A stretch of 64,000 bases of DNA from Dehalococcoidia bacterium (GTDB lineage Bacteria > Chloroflexota > Dehalococcoidia > Plut-88900). The notes beneath the pieces were generated by a model. The model did not search any database. It was given only the letters and a program-made list of their open reading frames with translations, and was not told the DNA's origin. The stretch lies in NCBI GenBank assembly GCA_965207225.1, contig CBDBLV010000003.1:224001-288000 (forward strand), read 5' to 3'. Positions 58,546 to 64,000 of this stretch are shown here, in pieces; positions within the stretch are counted from its first letter, which is position 1, and each line of letters opens with the position of its first letter. Position numbers and translations under genes: made by a program.

Positions 58546-58557
58546 GTACAAAGGGCG

Positions 58558-58929
58558 TTAGCCCGTTTCGAGGTCTACCTTGATGAGAGGGGCGCCGGAG
58601 ATCCGGGCCTCCAGCTGATCCAGGGTGCCCTGTTTAGTGCAGATGCGGCGGAGGATGTCACGCTTCTGCTCGACGCTAGTGATGGGGGTGGCGCGGGCGG
58701 GGAGGTCGGCGGTCGCGGTATCCTTGAGGTGAAAGGTCATGCGGGGGTCGGCGAGGACGTTGGCGTACCAGCCCCGGGACCCGGGGAGGCCGGTTATGTA
58801 GAGGACGCCGTCCAGGTTATGGAACCAGATTTCGACGCGTCGGGGCTGGCCGCTTTTGCGGCCGGTGGTCGTGATGTCAATGACGAGGTCTTTTTCGAGT
58901 GCTTCCTGGACTTTGGGATCTAGTGACAA
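58558..58929 (-). CDS. Nitroreductase-family deazaflavin (F420)-dependent oxidoreductase
   Basis: TTG start after AGGAG; TTTGRKSGQPR, WYANVLADP. Confidence 0.8.
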   Translation of the reverse strand: MSLDPKVQEALEKDLVIDITTTGRKSGQPRRVEIWFHNLDGVLYITGLPGSRGWYANVLADPRMTFHLKDTATADLPARATPITSVEQKRDILRRICTKQGTLDQLEARISGAPLIKVDLETG

Positions 58930-58939
58930 CGCGTTGCTC

Positions 58940-59314
58940 CTAGCAGTCTTCCAGGTCGACCCTGATGACGGGGGACTCGGCGATACGGACTTCCAGCATG
59001 TCCATCTGGTCCAGGTTGGCGCATATTCGCTCCAGGACCCTGCGTCTTTCCGCGGGGTCGGTGAGGGGGGTGGCATGGGCGGGGATGTCGGCCTGAGTGG
59101 TCTCCTTGAGGTGGAAGGTCATGCGGGGGTCGGCGAGGACGTTGGCGTACCAGGACCGGGACCCGGGGAGCACCAGTCCAACTATGTAGAGGTCGCCGTC
59201 CACGTTGTGGAACCATATCTCCCTGCGTCGGGGTTCGCCGGTCTTTCTGCCGGTGGTTGTGATGTCGATGACGAGGTCTTTTTCGAGGGCTTCCTGGACT
59301 TGGGGGTCGAGCAT
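58940..59314 (-). CDS. Nitroreductase-family deazaflavin (F420)-dependent oxidoreductase, tandem paralog
   Basis: TTTGRKTGEPR, WYANVLADP. Confidence 0.85.
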   Translation of the reverse strand: MLDPQVQEALEKDLVIDITTTGRKTGEPRRREIWFHNVDGDLYIVGLVLPGSRSWYANVLADPRMTFHLKETTQADIPAHATPLTDPAERRRVLERICANLDQMDMLEVRIAESPVIRVDLEDC

Positions 59315-59452
59315 TATGGGCTTTCTCCGGTTGCAGCATTCAGTAAGAATCTAACAGGACGGGCCGCTGCTGTCATCCCTTCGGGAGGGTCCGGGGGCAT
59401 TTGACACTGTGAGAAAGGGACGCTTAACATCGGCGGAGGAGGAGTGATTTAC

Positions 59453-59878
59453 ATGCCGGTATTTCCGTCCGTGGAGTGGTTCGAGGAGGTGAGGCAGGCC
59501 GTCAACGGGAGCAGGGCCTTCCGGGCCCTTGGGAACTGCGATACGACGATGGGCGTGAAGGTGGGAGACAGGGCGTTTCGAATGAAGTTCGAGGCGTTTG
59601 CCTGCGAGGAAGTGTCGGAGGTTGGGGTGGAGGGGCTGGGGGAGATGGACTTCTACCTGGAGATGTCGCCGGCGGGATGGCGGGAACTGCTGGATAACAT
59701 CAAGGCCAACGACGGGGCGGACGGGGAGCATAGCCTGAACACGCTGGACCTGAGTCGGGAGGGAGGAATCCTAAGGGCGGGCGACGACTTGCTCAGGCAG
59801 TCTTTCTTCCGATATCACCTCTCCATCCAGAACTTCTTCGATGCCTCCGCGCAGGTTGAGACGGTCTTCGCGGCCTGA
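59453..59878 (+). CDS. Hypothetical protein, possibly SCP2-like fold
   Basis: MPVFPSVEWF N-terminus; GGAGGAG SD; fold call is inference. Confidence 0.6.
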   Translation: MPVFPSVEWFEEVRQAVNGSRAFRALGNCDTTMGVKVGDRAFRMKFEAFACEEVSEVGVEGLGEMDFYLEMSPAGWRELLDNIKANDGADGEHSLNTLDLSREGGILRAGDDLLRQSFFRYHLSIQNFFDASAQVETVFAA

Positions 59879-59886
59879 GAATCGCC

Positions 59887-60183
59887 ATGCCTCTCTATGA
59901 GTACGCATGCCCCCAGTGCAGCCGGGTGACGAGCCTCTACTGGAGGAACTTCGCACCACCCGAGACGGCTACGTGTGAGGCGTGCGGGGGATCGGGGGCG
60001 GAGCGCAAGTTCTCCACGTTTGCCCTGCACAAGACGGCGGCGACGAAGATGGAGGAGCTGGACCCCAAGTACGACAAGATGGTCGACGAGGCGTTCAAGA
60101 ACTCTCCGGCAACCTCCGACCCTAAGCACTACCTGGACAAGATGGCGTCGTTTGACGGCGTGCCCGACCGGCCGGACCCCTAG
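59887..60183 (+). CDS. FmdB-family zinc-ribbon protein
   Basis: MPLYEYACPQC...CEACG. Confidence 0.85.
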   Translation: MPLYEYACPQCSRVTSLYWRNFAPPETATCEACGGSGAERKFSTFALHKTAATKMEELDPKYDKMVDEAFKNSPATSDPKHYLDKMASFDGVPDRPDP

Positions 60184-60202
60184 ACCTCACTGACTTGCAT
60201 CG

Positions 60203-61399
60203 ATGACCGGTGAACTCGGGGCTTGGGTGGGGGCGGGCATCTCCCTTTTAGCATTGCTTGCTTGGGTGTGGCTTACGCTTTTTCGAGGGCGATTCTGGGC
60301 CACGGACCAGCGCCTGGACACTAATGTTGCCCTCAAAGAGTCGGCGCTGCCCAGGGTTGTGGCCGTCATTCCCGCCCGCGACGAAGCTGACCTGATAGGG
60401 CAGACCATTGCGTCGGTGCTGGGGCAGCGTTACCCGGCCCCGCTGTCGGTCTACCTGGTTGATGATAGGAGCTCGGATGGGACGGCGGATGTGGCGAGAG
60501 AGACGGCTCAGCAAGTGAAGGGCTGTCCACCGTTCCGGGTGGTAGGGGCGAGGGAGAGGCCCGATGGCTGGGCCGGGAAGGTCTGGGCCCTGCACCAGGG
60601 TGTGGAGGCGGCCTCGGGGGAGGAGCATGACTACTTCTGGTTCACCGACGCCGACATCTTGCATTCTCCGGACGCGCTGACAAGTCTTGTGGCGAGGGCG
60701 GAGGGGCTGGACCTGGTTTCGGTGATGGCGAGACTTCACGTCTCGACGTTTTGGGACAGGCTCCTGATACCGGCCTTCGTGTTCTTCTTCGGCAAGCTGT
60801 ATCCGTTCAGGTGGGTGAATGATCACGGTCGGGGGACGGCGGCTGCGGCGGGGGGCTGTGTGCTGGTGAGGAAGGAGCGACTGATGGAGACTGGAGAATT
60901 TGCCGCAATGAGCGATGCTGTCATAGACGACTGTGAACTAGCGCGGCAGGTGCGCGGGCCAAGGGGGGAAGGGAGGCTATGGTTGGGACTCAGCCAGGAG
61001 GTACAAAGCATCCGGCCATACGACGGGCTGAGGGGCATCTGGGATATGGTGGCCAGGACGGCTTACGTCCAACTGCGACGTTCGCCTGTTGCGTTGGCGG
61101 GAACGATCCTGGGGATGGTCTGGCTTTATCTCGTTGCTCCGGCGTCAATGGGGGTGGGAATTGGGCTGTCGGTGGCGGGGGTTGGGGGTGTGGCGACCTG
61201 GGTGGTGCTGGGGGCGGGGGCGGTGGGGTGGGGTTTGATGGCCACGGTATATGTACCGATGTTAAGGTGGTATGGTCTCTGCAAATGCTGGGCGCTGCTG
61301 CTGCCGGTGTCGGGGGTGCTGTATGCGTTGATGACGGTGGACTCCTGGTGGAGGAGCAGAAGAGGTCGGGGTGGGGGGTGGAAGGGGAGGACTTATTGA
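60203..61399 (+). CDS. Glycosyltransferase family 2, HpnB-like (hopanoid-associated)
   Basis: IPARDEA, DDRSSDGT, GWAGKVWA, FTDADI, LIPAFVFFF..LYPF, AAAGGC, IDDC, WKGRTY. Confidence 0.8.
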   Translation: MTGELGAWVGAGISLLALLAWVWLTLFRGRFWATDQRLDTNVALKESALPRVVAVIPARDEADLIGQTIASVLGQRYPAPLSVYLVDDRSSDGTADVARETAQQVKGCPPFRVVGARERPDGWAGKVWALHQGVEAASGEEHDYFWFTDADILHSPDALTSLVARAEGLDLVSVMARLHVSTFWDRLLIPAFVFFFGKLYPFRWVNDHGRGTAAAAGGCVLVRKERLMETGEFAAMSDAVIDDCELARQVRGPRGEGRLWLGLSQEVQSIRPYDGLRGIWDMVARTAYVQLRRSPVALAGTILGMVWLYLVAPASMGVGIGLSVAGVGGVATWVVLGAGAVGWGLMATVYVPMLRWYGLCKCWALLLPVSGVLYALMTVDSWWRSRRGRGGGWKGRTY

Positions 61400-61458
61400 G
61401 GGGTCGGCCGGGAATGAAGCAGGGCGACGGGTCGACAATCGTGGGCCACCCATCGCTC

Positions 61459-61489
61459 GACCCTTCGACTTCGCCCAGGGGGTGAGCGG
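61459..61489. repeat. Family C palindromic repeat
   Basis: GACCCTTCGACTTCGCCCAGGGGGTGAGCGG. Confidence 0.7.
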
Positions 61490-61535
61490 CCCCACCCAGG
61501 GGGCGATTCCTGACAGTAGCAGGTCTGGGTAAAGG

Positions 61536-61874
61536 CTACCCGTACAGCCCGTCCGTTTTGGCGGCCATTATGAAGTCGTTGCGGTGGAGGTTGCGGATCT
61601 TGTGGGTCCACCAGGTGACCCGGACTTTGCCCCACTCAATTACGAGCCTCGGGTGATGGCCCTCGGCATCCGCCGCGGTCCCGACCGCGTGTGTGAATGA
61701 CAGGGCGTCGCCGAAGTTGCCGAACTTGAAAGTGCGGTCGAGCTTCGGGATGCCAGCCTCGTCAATCAGCTCCCAGTCGGGGACCTGGGGATGAAGCTCG
61801 GCGATCTCGTCCTCGGTCACGTGGGGCGCGTCCCGACGGCACGCCACGCATTTCTCCTGTGTCAATGATGCCAA
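61536..61874 (-). CDS. phhB: Pterin-4-alpha-carbinolamine dehydratase
   Basis: AEGHHP, WWTHKI..LHRNDFIMAAK. Confidence 0.9.
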   Translation of the reverse strand: MASLTQEKCVACRRDAPHVTEDEIAELHPQVPDWELIDEAGIPKLDRTFKFGNFGDALSFTHAVGTAADAEGHHPRLVIEWGKVRVTWWTHKIRNLHRNDFIMAAKTDGLYG

Positions 61875-62019
61875 GGTTATGTCCTCCCGGGTTCTTCCGT
61901 TTCGCCAAATCGGTCTTAATTTCCTCCCCTTGCCGCTCCCCGCCTTCTACGATATATTACACCGACCGACAGCCATACCATCAGGGCGTGGCCTAACTTC
62001 AACAATCCAGGGGATCTCC

Positions 62020-62214
62020 ATGGCATACGCCGAACAGGACAGCGTCGAGGCAGGACTAGAGTTCAAGAGCCCCAGCGGGCTAAATGTCAAGACCACGGGC
62101 AACACCGTATTCCTGGACGCAGACAGCATGTACGTCCACGAGGTCGAAATCGCCGACGGCGACTGGGAAGGCGAAAAGTTCCTGCTCAACCTGGACTACG
62201 CCGAGGCGAAGTAG
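62020..62214 (+). CDS. Small acidic hypothetical protein
   Basis: 64-aa ORF with typical codon usage and AGGGG SD. Confidence 0.55.
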   Translation: MAYAEQDSVEAGLEFKSPSGLNVKTTGNTVFLDADSMYVHEVEIADGDWEGEKFLLNLDYAEAK

Positions 62215-62269
62215 CAGCATTCCCCACCAGTCAAAGCTGTAAACAGTCGGGGTTCCCTATCGGCACCTG

Positions 62270-62605
62270 CTAACGCCGTAATGCGAGACGCTCTGCGGCC
62301 AAGCGGTTCATACTTACTCCAGCTTCGGCAGCATCCATAGCGAGGGAGCGGTGCGTGTCGGGTGGGATGCGAAGCGTGAGAGTGCCGCTGTAGCGTCGGG
62401 TGGCAATCGGCTCAGGGACCGGCTTGCCCTCCTCGTGTAACCATCGGACCGAGAAGGCCACCAGTTTCCGGATGCCGGCGAAGGCCTTTTCAGGGGTGTC
62501 GTCCAGGTGGCTGAGGGAGCCGAACTCAGAACAAAGCCCCACAAACTCCTCATCTTCCTCAGACCAGAGGACTCGGTAAGCGTATCGGTCGGCGATTTCA
62601 GGCAT
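62270..62605 (-). CDS. hicB: HicB antitoxin
   Basis: YAYRVLWSEEDEEFVG...EF.SLS, PEPIA.RRYSG...LRIPP..HR.LA..A...GVSMN. Confidence 0.9.
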   Translation of the reverse strand: MPEIADRYAYRVLWSEEDEEFVGLCSEFGSLSHLDDTPEKAFAGIRKLVAFSVRWLHEEGKPVPEPIATRRYSGTLTLRIPPDTHRSLAMDAAEAGVSMNRLAAERLALRR

Positions 62606-62837
62606 CGGTTTCCTCAAGCTTGTACATTGCGTTCAGGACCTGGCGCACCCGGTATGCCTTTGCCATTCCTCCCCTGGGTTGAATGTTCACCATCGGGTCT
62701 CCCTGCCAAGAGGTCTGATATATCAGGTGGCTGCCGCTCTGACTAGGCGCCCCAAAGTAACGGTTGCAGACTTTGCGGAGGTCACTAAACCGGACGTTGC
62801 GGGGATTGCGCCTCATCCCCGTCAGGCTTTTGTCCAC
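62598..62837 (-). CDS. hicA: HicA toxin
   Basis: NPRNVRFSDL, GSHLIY.T.WQGDP.VNIQ..G.AKAY; overlaps hicB. Confidence 0.85.
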   Translation of the reverse strand: MDKSLTGMRRNPRNVRFSDLRKVCNRYFGAPSQSGSHLIYQTSWQGDPMVNIQPRGGMAKAYRVRQVLNAMYKLEETDA

Positions 62838-62959
62838 ATATACATGGTAGCATTATTGCAACCGTTTGTCAGGAATTTGAGCCACTTCAAGGCTTCAATA
62901 GGCTTTCCTAAGAGTGAAGCCGGTGAGAGCAAGCAAGGCGACGGTATTCCGCAGCGCCC

Positions 62960-64000
62960 TCAACCTCTATAGCCGAGCCCCCTCTCCACCTCCCCCCGCA
63001 GCCCCGATATCCAGCTCTTCATTGCCTTGTGCGATAACACTTTCACACCCGACACCACCATCATCCGGTACACCCAGCCCCGACTCACCTTGCTCCTGCG
63101 GCTCGGGGCCAGCCATTTTTTGTTCTTTGCCAGCACCACCAGGGTCCCGAGTCCCATCAGCAGGGGCCAGGCAGTAGCCAGCCTAAGACGGTAGTGCCTT
63201 CTCGGGATGGTTTGCAGGTATTCGGCAGCGGTCTTGTAGTGGTCCAATGCCTGACTGATCCCCCACATTAGAGCGGGTCTGGCCGCATCGCTGTTTGTAG
63301 TCTGAAGCAGGTCGTCCGCAGAGAGCCCAACTCGGTCCAAGACCTCACCCGGCAGGTAGCACCGGCCCAGTCGAAGGTCCCTGGGCACGTCCCTGAGGAT
63401 GTTGGTCAGTTGGAGGGCCTTGCCGAACCTGATTCCCTTTTCGCTCATCTCGTCCACATCCCAACTCCCCAGGCGTGGGTTATGGGCCATGCACATCTCC
63501 GTCCAGAACCGACCCACGCATCCCGCCACCAGGTACGTGTACTCGTCGAGTTGCTCTGAAGTCTCGAAGGCGGTCAGCCCATCTTTGTGGAAATAGATCA
63601 GGTCCAGCTCCATGCCCTGGGTCAGCGTCACGACCACCTGCCGGACACGGAAGCGGTCCAACTCCTCCAGTCCTTCAAGCATGGAGATAGTCTTTGGCAT
63701 GGCCCCGACCAGCTCCCTCTCGGCCTCTCCCAACCCCTCCCCTGCCGTCCGGGCAAGGGGTTCGACCATGTCCGCGCCGTCCTCTCCTTCCACCAGACCC
63801 CGGAACTCCAGGAGTCTCTCCAGCCTCTCCTTGTTTGAAGCGGTCCTGGAGTCGGCAATGGTGTCAGCCGTGCGCGCAAGAAGGTAGGCGAGGCCCAGGG
63901 GTTTTTTGAGGCTTCCGGGAAGGATCCGGAGAGTCAGGTAGAAAGCTCGGGATGTGCCCTTCAGCACGGGCCCGAGGAGACGGGCTTCTTCCCCGGGCGT
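62960..64000 (-). CDS. Squalene/phytoene synthase family protein (5' end beyond window)
   Basis: TSRAFYL, AYLLARTADTIAD, YTYLVAGCVG.FWT, GKALQLTNILRD. Confidence 0.9.
   Translation of the reverse strand, partial: TPGEEARLLGPVLKGTSRAFYLTLRILPGSLKKPLGLAYLLARTADTIADSRTASNKERLERLLEFRGLVEGEDGADMVEPLARTAGEGLGEAERELVGAMPKTISMLEGLEELDRFRVRQVVVTLTQGMELDLIYFHKDGLTAFETSEQLDEYTYLVAGCVGRFWTEMCMAHNPRLGSWDVDEMSEKGIRFGKALQLTNILRDVPRDLRLGRCYLPGEVLDRVGLSADDLLQTTNSDAARPALMWGISQALDHYKTAAEYLQTIPRRHYRLRLATAWPLLMGLGTLVVLAKNKKWLAPSRRSKVSRGWVYRMMVVSGVKVLSHKAMKSWISGLRGEVERGLGYRG

Noticed and set aside
61935-61970. AT-rich TACGATATATTACAC as a possible dif site
   Set aside because: Lacks the TTATGT(T/C)AA XerD arm; more likely the -10 region of the small downstream gene.

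Overview
High-GC bacterial chromosomal segment, most consistent with Chloroflexota/Dehalococcoidia (SAR202-like) and possibly host (sponge)-associated. That placement is inference from gene content: Pro/Thr-linker lipoproteins, F420-dependent enzymes, tandem enzyme paralogs and a 12-repeat ankyrin lipoprotein. Housekeeping genes present are gyrA, mnmG, proB/proA, metF, rnd and lhr. Accessory content includes a soxBDAG sarcosine oxidase operon, a RibA-RibD/ADH/PTPS-like/GT4/methyltransferase biosynthetic operon of unknown product, several toxin-antitoxin modules and a single-polypeptide restriction-modification gene between proB and proA. The most striking non-coding signals are four. (i) A ~350-nt multi-hairpin region closed by a perfect 13-bp stem (31806-32155) behind a near-consensus promoter, a candidate unrecognised ncRNA. 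(ii) Several families of short palindromic REP-like repeats, all co-oriented, one inserted in frame inside mnmG. (iii) A composite repeat flanking the ankyrin gene whose 40-nt hairpin shows fully compensated sequence changes. (iv) Several apparently leaderless genes. No rRNA, tRNA, CRISPR array, transposase or integrase was recognised. All calls are from manual motif reading; no searches or folding programs were run.
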